A stretch of DNA of 64,000 nt, taken from IMG/VR virus record IMGVR_UViG_3300024350_000252, positions 62,001-126,000 of that record; one strand, 5' to 3'. The notes beneath the pieces are model-generated. The model saw only the letters and a list, made by a program, of their open reading frames with translations, had not been told where the DNA came from and searched no databases. This document shows, one piece after another, positions 16,198 to 24,824 of this stretch (positions are counted from its first letter, which is position 1; each line of letters opens with the position of its first letter). Made by a program: the position numbers and the translations under genes.

Positions 16198-17033
16198 TGA
16201 CAAAAGAATTTACACCAGATCCTGTTATTAACGCAGAACTCAATAGAGAATTTATTAAGCAAGAATACGAACCTTTAGGTAAACCTGTGTTCATCAAGAA
16301 AGAAACAGGGTTAGATGCTATGAACGGCGACGGCGGATATGAACTAGCTAAACTAAGTGATCATTTACGTTTTAAAATGAAACGTGAAAACAAAAGATTC
16401 TGGGCCGGCGATAACATTAGCGATTTCCTAAGCGACGGTGATAAAGAAAAACTTATCGACGAAGCAACTCTAGCATTTGAAAAAGTCTTAGATGTCTTGT
16501 TGATCGATCGCGAAAACGATCCCAATAGTAAAGGCACAGCTCGTCGCCTTGCTAAGATGTACTTTAACGAAATAATGGCAGGAAGATATGACCCAGCACC
16601 AGACGCAACAGCATTTCCCAATGATTCGCAGGACCGTTACGAAGGTATGCTTGTTGTTCGCAGTGAGCTTCGCAGTATGTGTAGCCATCATCATCAACCC
16701 GTTACTGGCGTTGCTTATATTGGCATTATTGCCGCCGAGAAACTTATCGGACTCAGCAAGTACACACGTATCGCACAATGGTGTGCCCGTCGAGGTACTC
16801 TCCAGGAGGAACTGGCTAATGATATTGCTCGGGAGATCGAACGTGCCACAGGCGCCAAAGACCTAGGCGTTTATATTCAAGCCACTCATGGTTGCTGTGA
16901 GAATCGTGGCATCATGGCACACTCTAGTCTAACACAGACTACTGTACTAAAGGGTGCGTTTAAAGATGATCCGGGTACAAAGAAAGAGTTTATGGACAAT
17001 ATTAAACTTCAACAAGAGTTCGCTCCACGATAA
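16197..17033 (+). CDS. folE: GTP cyclohydrolase I with N-terminal extension
   Basis: TARRLAKMY, SMCSHH, IGLSKYTR, RRGTLQEEL, HGCCENRG motifs. Confidence 0.96.
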   Translation: MTKEFTPDPVINAELNREFIKQEYEPLGKPVFIKKETGLDAMNGDGGYELAKLSDHLRFKMKRENKRFWAGDNISDFLSDGDKEKLIDEATLAFEKVLDVLLIDRENDPNSKGTARRLAKMYFNEIMAGRYDPAPDATAFPNDSQDRYEGMLVVRSELRSMCSHHHQPVTGVAYIGIIAAEKLIGLSKYTRIAQWCARRGTLQEELANDIAREIERATGAKDLGVYIQATHGCCENRGIMAHSSLTQTTVLKGAFKDDPGTKKEFMDNIKLQQEFAPR

Positions 17034-17044
17034 AGGATAAAACA

Positions 17045-17524
17045 ATGAAGTGGTTTTTAAACTTCCTAGAACGCATTGGTCGTAAACGTATCATCCTCGA
17101 TAGAGAATCTAACGAACCATATCTCGAAAGATATTATGTCTTTCTCAAAGATAGGTCTTGGTTTCCCTTCAATGTGTTCTTACACAAATTCTTAAAGTCA
17201 GATCCCGACGATGTACACGATCATCCTTGGCCGTATGCCACTCTCATCCTTAAAGGCGGATACTACGAGTGGGTTCCTAAATTTAACGGCAACGGAGAAA
17301 TGATCGGACAGGTCCGTCATTGGCGTGGCCCTGGTCATTTTCGTGTATGTAATCCCACTTCTTATCATCGTATCGAACTTAAAGAAGGTGTTACAGCATG
17401 GACGTTGTTTATGCCTGGACCACATCGTAGGGAGTGGGGATTCCTTGTTAAAGGTAAGGAATGGATACAACATGAACAATATATTGAACAAAGGAAAAAG
17501 TTAAATGTACAAACGAACGGTTAG
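17045..17524 (+). CDS. Cupin-fold (RmlC-like) protein
   Basis: HDHPW...GGYYE...YHRIEL...WTLF metal-binding cupin pattern. Confidence 0.75.
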   Translation: MKWFLNFLERIGRKRIILDRESNEPYLERYYVFLKDRSWFPFNVFLHKFLKSDPDDVHDHPWPYATLILKGGYYEWVPKFNGNGEMIGQVRHWRGPGHFRVCNPTSYHRIELKEGVTAWTLFMPGPHRREWGFLVKGKEWIQHEQYIEQRKKLNVQTNG

Positions 17525-18002
17525 TTGGTACGATTTACAAAAAACAGTTAATAAAATTTGTCGGGACGTCACATTAACAGGTTGGCGTCCTGATTATGTT
17601 GTAGGCATCACACGTGGTGGATTGCTACCAGCTGTAATGATCAGTCATTATTTCGATATACCCTGTAACACATTAAAAGTCTGTCTTAGAGACAACGAAG
17701 AAACAGAAAGCAATCTGTGGATGGCTGAAGATGCATTTGCTGGTAAGAAAATTCTTGTCGTCGATGACATCAATGATTCAGGTGCCACCATTAATTGGTT
17801 ATTAAAAGATTGGCCTAGTGGATGTTTTCCAAATGATCCCAAATGGGAAAGTATATGGGGAGATAATGTTCGCTTTGCCGTCCTGTTCGATAACTTAGCT
17901 TCTAAAGCACAAGTATCCGCAGACTACGTCGGTGAAGAAATCAATAAAGCCGAAGACGATTGTTGGATAGACTTTCCTTATGAAGATTGGTGGACAAAAT
18001 GA
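17505..18002 (+). CDS. Type I phosphoribosyltransferase (Gpt/Hpt-like)
   Basis: GITRGG and PRPP-binding ILVVDDINDSGAT motif; C-terminal WIDFPYE. Confidence 0.9.
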   Translation: MYKRTVSWYDLQKTVNKICRDVTLTGWRPDYVVGITRGGLLPAVMISHYFDIPCNTLKVCLRDNEETESNLWMAEDAFAGKKILVVDDINDSGATINWLLKDWPSGCFPNDPKWESIWGDNVRFAVLFDNLASKAQVSADYVGEEINKAEDDCWIDFPYEDWWTK

Positions 18003-18229
18003 TAGACGAAAAAGTAAAATTACATTGTACAGACAACGGCAAAGACCTCGATGGACATATTCTGTCTTACAAGCCTAAAGCATATCTAGAAGTAGCTGTA
18101 CAAACATTAAAGATTCGTATGGCGTATCAAGAACGCACTAAGGTATTTGTAGGCAGCGTAGGCGGAAAAGAATTCGTTCTAAAAGAATCCAATCTGCCTA
18201 CCGAACGCAAGGAGTTTAGTAGAAAATGA
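17999..18229 (+). CDS. Hypothetical protein
   Basis: ATGA coupling at 17999. Confidence 0.75.
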   Translation: MIDEKVKLHCTDNGKDLDGHILSYKPKAYLEVAVQTLKIRMAYQERTKVFVGSVGGKEFVLKESNLPTERKEFSRK

Positions 18230-18615
18230 GCAACGAAGCACACACATTAAGCGATGCCAAAGCAGAAGGTGTAGCACCATGGGATGATCTTGTAGAAGAA
18301 GATTTCCATGTTGCTGTTTTTAAAGATAGATATCCTGTCACAGAAGGACATCTTTTGTTTGTACCGCAATATGATGCTGACGGCATCATAGCCGATGCGT
18401 TCCGAGATGCTTTACGCAAAGGTAGAGAAATGATGGCTAATAACGAATGCGATGGATTCAACATCGGAATCAATGTTGGTAAAGCAGCAGGCCAAACAGT
18501 AATGTATCCGCATGTACATCTCATTCCTAGAAGAAATGGCGATATGGCCGATCCTAGAGGCGGTGTACGTCATGTTATTCCTGAAAAAGGTAATTACAAG
18601 AAGGAGACTGTATGA
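18226..18615 (+). CDS. HIT-family nucleotide hydrolase
   Basis: YPVTEGHLL, GFNIGIN.G.AAGQTV and HVHLIPR (HxHxh) motifs. Confidence 0.9.
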   Translation: MSNEAHTLSDAKAEGVAPWDDLVEEDFHVAVFKDRYPVTEGHLLFVPQYDADGIIADAFRDALRKGREMMANNECDGFNIGINVGKAAGQTVMYPHVHLIPRRNGDMADPRGGVRHVIPEKGNYKKETV

Positions 18616-18824
18616 CAAATAAAATCAAAGAAGGTAGTAAATGGCGTGCCGGGGATAAAACATTCCATGTATTGAGTGTTGTCGAAATAAACAATAATAT
18701 TTGGGTACACTATATCGAAGATACAAAACTGTCATTAAACGGCGACAAACTGCCAGGCGAAAAGGAGTACAGTTGTTTTGCTGAAAGCTTCGTCAGTAGG
18801 TTCACACCCTTTGAAAACTATTAA
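18612..18824 (+). CDS. Hypothetical protein
   Basis: ATGA coupling. Confidence 0.7.
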   Translation: MTNKIKEGSKWRAGDKTFHVLSVVEINNNIWVHYIEDTKLSLNGDKLPGEKEYSCFAESFVSRFTPFENY

Positions 18825-19011
18825 GATTCCGTGGTCTTCTAAACTCGACAACATACCAAAATGGGATGAAGTGAGTATCAAGATCGTACAAACATTTGGT
18901 TTACCAGGACACAAGTATCGTTGCGAAATGAGTACCGAGGCTATGATATATCATTTTGAAAACGAACAAGATTGCTTTTTATGTAAACTGATGGTGAGTG
19001 AATATCTATGA
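18811..19011 (+). CDS. Hypothetical protein (start TTG 18811, or 18778 as in track)
   Basis: ORF track; fills gap. Confidence 0.6.
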   Translation: MKTIKIPWSSKLDNIPKWDEVSIKIVQTFGLPGHKYRCEMSTEAMIYHFENEQDCFLCKLMVSEYL

Positions 19012-19826
19012 GCATAGCATTATTCTTAGGCGATAGTCATACCTGTGGGTATGTAACAGTGCCAGGACAACAAGGGCCTGGAACATATACCATGTGGAAC
19101 AATAACAATTATGCCGAATCATATGCTAGACAAAATAACAAAAAAACTGTTATCTATGCTGTGCCTGGAAGTTGTAATAGAGTCTACCCCGATTGGTTAA
19201 GATCTATGTTGGACAAATATCCAGATATAGATGAAGTATATGTATTGTTAGCTTATTGGAATAGATTTGTTTTAGGGTTCAATGAAACCCTATCTCCTTC
19301 TGTTTTGCCAGCTGATTATTTTACTACACACGTAATGAACAAAGACAATTTAATAGATATCTATCAAGATGTACTGTTCAAAGAAGATCGATTCCAACTA
19401 TACAATAAACCCACTTATGAAGATTTTTCAAGCGGAGCATCTGTTAGTTTTAACTATCAAAATGCTTTAGTTGATCCGGATCTAAGAAAAGACAGCTTTA
19501 TGAAAGTCAAATTATTCTTTGATCTAAATACACACCTAGAACAAAGAGATTTTTTTAAAGATGTATACACAATGGATAATATGTGCCATGATAGGAATTG
19601 TCGTTTATTTTTCTTTAACATGACTGATCGCATGAAGTTTCCTGATTCATTTGATTTTTATGGAAAGCTAAAAGCTACAACAGTAGCACCAATGTCTGTA
19701 GAATCGTATTTTAAAAGCAAATTCATAGATCATAAAAAATATTACATAGAAGACGGTGAGCATTACAATCAAGAATATCACGACCTTATTGCGAGCAGAT
19801 TTATTCCATGGCTAAAGACTCAGTAA
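19008..19826 (+). CDS. SGNH/GDSL-like hydrolase or acyltransferase
   Basis: FLGDSH nucleophile block, PG..N block, C-terminal DGEH (DxxH). Confidence 0.65.
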   Translation: MSIALFLGDSHTCGYVTVPGQQGPGTYTMWNNNNYAESYARQNNKKTVIYAVPGSCNRVYPDWLRSMLDKYPDIDEVYVLLAYWNRFVLGFNETLSPSVLPADYFTTHVMNKDNLIDIYQDVLFKEDRFQLYNKPTYEDFSSGASVSFNYQNALVDPDLRKDSFMKVKLFFDLNTHLEQRDFFKDVYTMDNMCHDRNCRLFFFNMTDRMKFPDSFDFYGKLKATTVAPMSVESYFKSKFIDHKKYYIEDGEHYNQEYHDLIASRFIPWLKTQ

Positions 19827-20407
19827 AAATCCTAATCGCCGGAGATAGTTTTGCTGCTAAATGGCCTGGCAAAGGTTGGCCTGATCTGTTATCTGAATAT
19901 ATCAATGTGACTAATCTAGCACAAGCCGGTGTAGGCGAATACAAGATTCTAGAACAGATAAAATCAGCAAATCTACAAGATTATTCTGCTGTAATCGTTT
20001 GCCATACCAGTCCTAGTAGAGTACATACCAGATCACATCCTATTCATAAAACAGGGCTACATGAAAATTGTGATTTGATATGGACTGATATCGAATCTCA
20101 TAAAGATTATTTCAATAGTAGTTTGAAAGCAGCTAAAGGATATTTCCAACATCATTACGATGATCAATATTACAAAGACATTTACAGCTTGATTAGGAAA
20201 GAAATATCTAATATAATAGATATACCATACATATCTGTAGATAATCTAAAAGCTAGCACAGAGTTTAAGTTTGAAACAAATTCAATAGACTTTAGCGACT
20301 ACTGGTTAGAAAATAGAGGAAATACAAACCATTTTAACGAACAAGGAAACAGTTACGTATGTCAGACATTACTAACGAAACTAAAAAGCATTGGACTATC
20401 ACTTTAG
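19808..20407 (+). CDS. SGNH/GDSL-like protein, second paralog
   Basis: IAGDSF, NLAQAGVG, C-terminal NHFNEQGN. Confidence 0.65.
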   Translation: MAKDSVKILIAGDSFAAKWPGKGWPDLLSEYINVTNLAQAGVGEYKILEQIKSANLQDYSAVIVCHTSPSRVHTRSHPIHKTGLHENCDLIWTDIESHKDYFNSSLKAAKGYFQHHYDDQYYKDIYSLIRKEISNIIDIPYISVDNLKASTEFKFETNSIDFSDYWLENRGNTNHFNEQGNSYVCQTLLTKLKSIGLSL

Positions 20408-20571
20408 AAGAAGATCCCGAAACTGGCGAATTGGTAATGCCATTGCCTGACGATGCTCTACAGCAAGCAGGATTTAAAGAAGGCGATATTTTAGTTTGGA
20501 AAGATCTTGGTAACGGATCATTTGAACTAAGAAAAAAGGTTGACAATCAAGATACAAAGGATGTAAAATAA
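20359..20571 (+). CDS. AbrB/MazE-like small DNA-binding protein
   Basis: GELVMPLP...AGFKEGDILVW swapped-hairpin pattern. Confidence 0.55.
   Translation: MSDITNETKKHWTITLEEDPETGELVMPLPDDALQQAGFKEGDILVWKDLGNGSFELRKKVDNQDTKDVK
20540..20569 (+). promoter_or_regulatory. sigma70-type promoter TTGACA-N18-TAAAAT upstream of queE
   Basis: Consensus -35 at 20540-20545 and -10 at 20564-20569. Confidence 0.6.
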
Positions 20572-20575
20572 AACA

Positions 20576-21424
20576 ATGAGCAAAATCAAGATAGCAGAAC
20601 TATTTTATTCAATTCAAGGCGAAGGACGCTATATGGGTGTACCTTCGGTCTTCTTGCGTACTTTTGGTTGTAACTTTAAGTGCGCAGGCTTTGGTATGCC
20701 TAAAGGAGAACTCAGCAATGAAGCAGATAATATTGACCCATCTCTTTACACCGAGTACAAATCGCTTCCTTTGGTGTCTACAGGTTGTGATAGTTACGCT
20801 AGTTGGGATCCTCGCTTTAAGCATCTTTCTCCCGTTTTGGATACTGATGCGATTGCCGATGCTATTGTGGATACGTTACCTTACAAAGAATGGCGCGACG
20901 AACATCTCGTGATTACAGGCGGTGAGCCGTTGCTAGGTTGGCAACGTGCTTACCCAGACTTGCTACGTCATCCTAAGATGGCAGGTCTCAAGGAAATCAC
21001 TTTTGAAACAAATGGCACTCAGCCGCTAACTGAAGAATTCGCAGAGTATTTGTTAGAATGGTTGATGCCTCATCCAGAATATCACAAAGAAATCACATTC
21101 AGTGTCAGTGCTAAACTAAGTTGCTCTGGTGAAGCAAGACATGAAGCTATTCGGCCAGATGTAGTTTGTAACTACGAAACTCTAGGATATACATATCTTA
21201 AATTTGTTGTGGCTACAGAAGAAGACGCAGAAGAAGCTATCGAAACAGTAGACCTTTACAGAGCAGAAGGATTTACAGGACCGGTGTATTTGATGCCTGT
21301 AGGCGGTGTAGAAAGTGTTTATACATTGAATAATCGCCGTGTAGCAGAGCTAGCAATGAAGAACGGTTTACGTTATAGCGACAGATTACAAGTGCCGTTA
21401 TTTAAAAATGAATGGGGTACATAA
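20576..21424 (+). CDS. queE: 7-carboxy-7-deazaguanine synthase (radical SAM)
   Basis: ELFYSIQGEG..GVPSVFLRTFGCNFKC...CDS, VITGGEP, ETNGT, SVSAKL, RLQV motifs. Confidence 0.92.
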   Translation: MSKIKIAELFYSIQGEGRYMGVPSVFLRTFGCNFKCAGFGMPKGELSNEADNIDPSLYTEYKSLPLVSTGCDSYASWDPRFKHLSPVLDTDAIADAIVDTLPYKEWRDEHLVITGGEPLLGWQRAYPDLLRHPKMAGLKEITFETNGTQPLTEEFAEYLLEWLMPHPEYHKEITFSVSAKLSCSGEARHEAIRPDVVCNYETLGYTYLKFVVATEEDAEEAIETVDLYRAEGFTGPVYLMPVGGVESVYTLNNRRVAELAMKNGLRYSDRLQVPLFKNEWGT

Positions 21425-21852
21425 TGAAAGATTGGTTAAAGAAAATCACAGGTATTAAACAATTAGAAGAAGAAAAAGCTCGTGCCGAACAAGAACGCAC
21501 CGAAGCACTTGCTCGTGCGGCTGAAGCGCAGGCTAAAGAGGAAGAAGCTAAACTAACTCCTAAAGAACGTGCTACCAAAAAAGGCGAGCCTTGGGTAGCT
21601 GTGCTGGATACTAAAGTAAACAAAGATAATATACGTAACGGTTTTTTTGAGCTTGACTGGAATGAACAATTCATAGTACAATTAAAGCAAGAAGGATACG
21701 GATTTGACGGCGACCTTGATGAAGAAATCGTAGATCGTTGGTTCAAAGATATCGTTCGAAACATGCTAGCCGACGAAGGACAAGATACTACTCGTGGGGC
21801 TGGTTATATCAATGTTGTTCCTATTACTAAAGAAAAGTCTGCTATTTCATGA
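21424..21852 (+). CDS. Hypothetical protein with N-terminal coiled coil
   Basis: TAATG coupling to queE. Confidence 0.75.
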   Translation: MKDWLKKITGIKQLEEEKARAEQERTEALARAAEAQAKEEEAKLTPKERATKKGEPWVAVLDTKVNKDNIRNGFFELDWNEQFIVQLKQEGYGFDGDLDEEIVDRWFKDIVRNMLADEGQDTTRGAGYINVVPITKEKSAIS

Positions 21853-22835
21853 ACTATATCTTGGTAGATACAGCTAACACTTTTTTCCGTGCTAGACATG
21901 TTATCAGAGGTGATGCTGATATTAAAATTGGCATGGCTTTTCATATCACTTTTAACAGTATCAAGAAAGCATGGAAAGACTTTAATGGTAGCCATGTTAT
22001 TTTCTGTTTAGAAGGTCGTAGCTGGCGTAAGGACTATTACGAGCCATATAAGCGTAATAGAGCAGAAAGTCGTGCTGCGCTAACTGCGTCCGAACAAGAA
22101 GAAGATAAATTGTTTTGGGAAGCGTTTGACACGTTTAAAGAATTTATTTCAGATAAAACAAACTGTACAGTATTACATAATCCAAGGTTAGAAGCAGATG
22201 ATCTCATCGCTGGTTTTATTCAAAATCATCCTAACGATAACCATATTATTATTTCTACAGACAGTGATTTCGAACAGATGATCGCCTCGAATGTAAAACA
22301 ATACAACGGTGTAAGCGAAGTTACTATTTCACATGACGGATACTTTGACAGCAAAGGTAATAGAGTTAAAGACAAAAAGACAGGTGAAGATAAGGCACCG
22401 CCTGATCCACAATGGTTGCTTTTCGAAAAGTGTATGCGAGGAGACACATCTGACAATGTCTTTAGTGCTTATCCGGGTGTGCGCACAAAAGGCACAAAAA
22501 GTAAAGTCGGTCTGCTAGAAGCATTCGAAGATCGTAACAGTAAAGGATTTTCGTGGAATAACCTCATGCTACAACGTTGGGTAGACCACGAAGGAAAAGA
22601 ACACAGAGTTTTGGAAGACTATGAGCGAAATCGTAGACTTATAGATCTTTCATATCAACCTGATGATATCAAAGCCATCATCAAAGAAACTATCGATCAA
22701 GCTATTGCTGCCGATAAAAATATCAGTCAGGTTGGAATTAGGTTGATGAAGTTTTGTAATCTGTATGATCTTAAAAAGATCGCAGATCAAGCCAACCTAT
22801 ATGCTGAACCACTCAATGCGAGGTACACACAATGA
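21849..22835 (+). CDS. rnh: 5'-3' exonuclease / RNase H (T4 rnh-like, PIN/FEN fold)
   Basis: LVDTAN, EADDLIA, STDSDF, GDTSDNV acidic motifs. Confidence 0.88.
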   Translation: MNYILVDTANTFFRARHVIRGDADIKIGMAFHITFNSIKKAWKDFNGSHVIFCLEGRSWRKDYYEPYKRNRAESRAALTASEQEEDKLFWEAFDTFKEFISDKTNCTVLHNPRLEADDLIAGFIQNHPNDNHIIISTDSDFEQMIASNVKQYNGVSEVTISHDGYFDSKGNRVKDKKTGEDKAPPDPQWLLFEKCMRGDTSDNVFSAYPGVRTKGTKSKVGLLEAFEDRNSKGFSWNNLMLQRWVDHEGKEHRVLEDYERNRRLIDLSYQPDDIKAIIKETIDQAIAADKNISQVGIRLMKFCNLYDLKKIADQANLYAEPLNARYTQ

Positions 22836-23308
22836 CAGAATTACATGCTAAACCAATTATCGAAAATAAGTTTTGGATAGTCGAAAAAGATGGCAATAGA
22901 TTTGCTACACTAAGAAAGAACGAAGATGATCGTTTTGTTCTTAGCAATGAGTCAGGTGTAAAAATCTATCCTAGTAAAGAAAGCCTAACTAAACAGTTTG
23001 GTAAAGATTTTTTTATCGCCAAGATTGTCAAGGAATCTAGAGATTCAGAAGAAAACGAAGTACATGGTTTTCCAACTAGCGTCAAGCCACATAACGCCAT
23101 GTTTGACATACAACGTAAACTACCACTGTTTACCAAAAGTGGCGACAGCAAGAGTTTATACTGTTCTGGCTACTATGTGATCCGATTCGATAAAGGTTGG
23201 GTCAAAAGTTTCTGTCCCAAGTTAATTACTTTACAAAGATACGAGTATAAAGGTCCATTCAAGACAGAACTGGAAATGAGACAGGTATTAGCAAATGTCT
23301 CAAAATAA
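22832..23308 (+). CDS. Hypothetical protein
   Basis: ATGA coupling. Confidence 0.8.
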   Translation: MTELHAKPIIENKFWIVEKDGNRFATLRKNEDDRFVLSNESGVKIYPSKESLTKQFGKDFFIAKIVKESRDSEENEVHGFPTSVKPHNAMFDIQRKLPLFTKSGDSKSLYCSGYYVIRFDKGWVKSFCPKLITLQRYEYKGPFKTELEMRQVLANVSK

Positions 23309-23543
23309 ACTACCCGATACCTTTCCTTCTGTAGAAAGATTCATACAGCGTACCATACAAGCTGAAAAGACTAATCAGCGAGAGATTCGCATGACTCTAG
23401 AAGAAGCTAAGGATATAGTAACTGATCTTAGTATCTTGACTAGTAAATTGGGTAAACACATAAAAGAAATACACGAAAAGCTGGATAAAATAGCTGTACA
23501 AAGCAATCAAGTGTCTATTAATATGGACGGGGGAACTTTTTAA
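23295..23543 (+). CDS. Hypothetical protein
   Basis: ORF track. Confidence 0.7.
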   Translation: MSQNKLPDTFPSVERFIQRTIQAEKTNQREIRMTLEEAKDIVTDLSILTSKLGKHIKEIHEKLDKIAVQSNQVSINMDGGTF

Positions 23544-23547
23544 CGGC

Positions 23548-23554
23548 ATAAATA
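23548..23554 (+). promoter_or_regulatory. Putative late promoter (ATAAATA)
   Basis: Intergenic; same heptamer as other gaps. Confidence 0.5.
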
Positions 23555-23582
23555 TATGCGTGTATTATAAATCGAGAAACGC

Positions 23583-23873
23583 ATGAGTAGACCAAAACCC
23601 AAGATACTTTTAGAGTATGCTAATAAAGAAAACTATAAGGTAGAACAGGTTCTTGAAGCTGAAGCTATCTGGGCGGTCTTTTATAAAGGAAACCCCTTCA
23701 ATTTAAAGAGCGGTAGTTTGGTAGCCAGTTATCCAGGACCAAAATACAAGAAGGTAAGTTTTTCTAATCCAGGACACGCTCACAACCTTGCCAAGAAACT
23801 GAACAAGATGTTTAAGTCTACCGACTTCCAAGTTGTTAAACTAACATCCGGTGAAATTCTTGGCAAACAATGA
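23583..23873 (+). CDS. Hypothetical protein
   Basis: ORF track. Confidence 0.8.
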   Translation: MSRPKPKILLEYANKENYKVEQVLEAEAIWAVFYKGNPFNLKSGSLVASYPGPKYKKVSFSNPGHAHNLAKKLNKMFKSTDFQVVKLTSGEILGKQ

Positions 23874-24262
23874 ACAAAGATAGATATACCAAAATATTTC
23901 TAACTGCGGCTGATTTAGTTTCAGACGATGAAGCCGTAAAGGCAAAAAGAACAGAATGGTGGTATAATAATCGAGATCAAGGTGGCCTAAGATTGACAGA
24001 AGCAGGGTTGGATTTTGTCATAGAAAAAGCTAAAATAAAAACATACAACATCAAGTTCCCAGGAACATTTTCAATCACTCCACAAATCTTAGTATGGTTA
24101 GATCGTTTCATAGACTGTCCATTTTATCTAACAAAAAAAGACATAACTGTGCTATCAGAAAAATCAGCATTTGAATTATATCTATTTTCAGGCGATGTTA
24201 AAAAAATGGGATATTCGAAAGCTCTAGCCAAAAGATTAAGCCAAGAATCCCTAGAACAATAA
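23870..24262 (+). CDS. Hypothetical protein
   Basis: ATGA coupling. Confidence 0.8.
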   Translation: MNKDRYTKIFLTAADLVSDDEAVKAKRTEWWYNNRDQGGLRLTEAGLDFVIEKAKIKTYNIKFPGTFSITPQILVWLDRFIDCPFYLTKKDITVLSEKSAFELYLFSGDVKKMGYSKALAKRLSQESLEQ

Positions 24263-24282
24263 ACATAGGATTTAAATATATC

Positions 24283-24558
24283 ATGATGATAGAGCTCAAC
24301 CCCCTGAATGTCATACAGGAAAGAAAACTTTCTTGGTGTCCTCCGCATTTTAAAACTGCGAAAATAAAAAGCCAAGACACTGGTTGGTGGGCTCTTGGCA
24401 CGCCAGCCAACGATCTAGAAGACTGGATTACATTCAGATTACAGGGAAGATATTGTATCATAAACACACCGACAGAATCAGGGGAGCAATCCACTTTTGT
24501 TGGTTTTGAAGATGAAAAAGAACTAACATACTTTATGTTGGCTTGCCCACACATTTAA
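24283..24558 (+). CDS. Hypothetical protein
   Basis: ORF track; AGGA RBS. Confidence 0.75.
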   Translation: MMIELNPLNVIQERKLSWCPPHFKTAKIKSQDTGWWALGTPANDLEDWITFRLQGRYCIINTPTESGEQSTFVGFEDEKELTYFMLACPHI

Positions 24559-24568
24559 GGAGATAAAA

Positions 24569-24820
24569 ATGGCAGAAGAAAATAATACACAGACTAACGA
24601 AGCACAGGCCACTCAGCCTACCAATCAATCGGCTGCGCCTGACTTAACTATCAACGATCTCAATGCTGTACGCACCATCCTGGATGTTGCTACTTCGAGA
24701 GGTGCTTTTAAAGCGAACGAATTAGAAGCCGTTGGTAAAGTTTATAACAAATTAAACAGCTTCTTGGAAAGTGTAACACCAGCTACACCTAATCAAGCAG
24801 CACCACAAACCCAAGGATAA
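24569..24820 (+). CDS. Hypothetical protein
   Basis: AAGGAG RBS. Confidence 0.8.
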   Translation: MAEENNTQTNEAQATQPTNQSAAPDLTINDLNAVRTILDVATSRGAFKANELEAVGKVYNKLNSFLESVTPATPNQAAPQTQG

Positions 24821-24824
24821 TATC

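Noticed and set aside
15760-20575. preQ1 or other riboswitch upstream of folE/queE
   Set aside because: The leaders are too short and show no preQ1-I/II sequence pattern.
11177-21424. Conclusion that the phage lacks queC
   Set aside because: Only 64 kb of a much larger genome is visible; queC could lie elsewhere or be supplied by the host.
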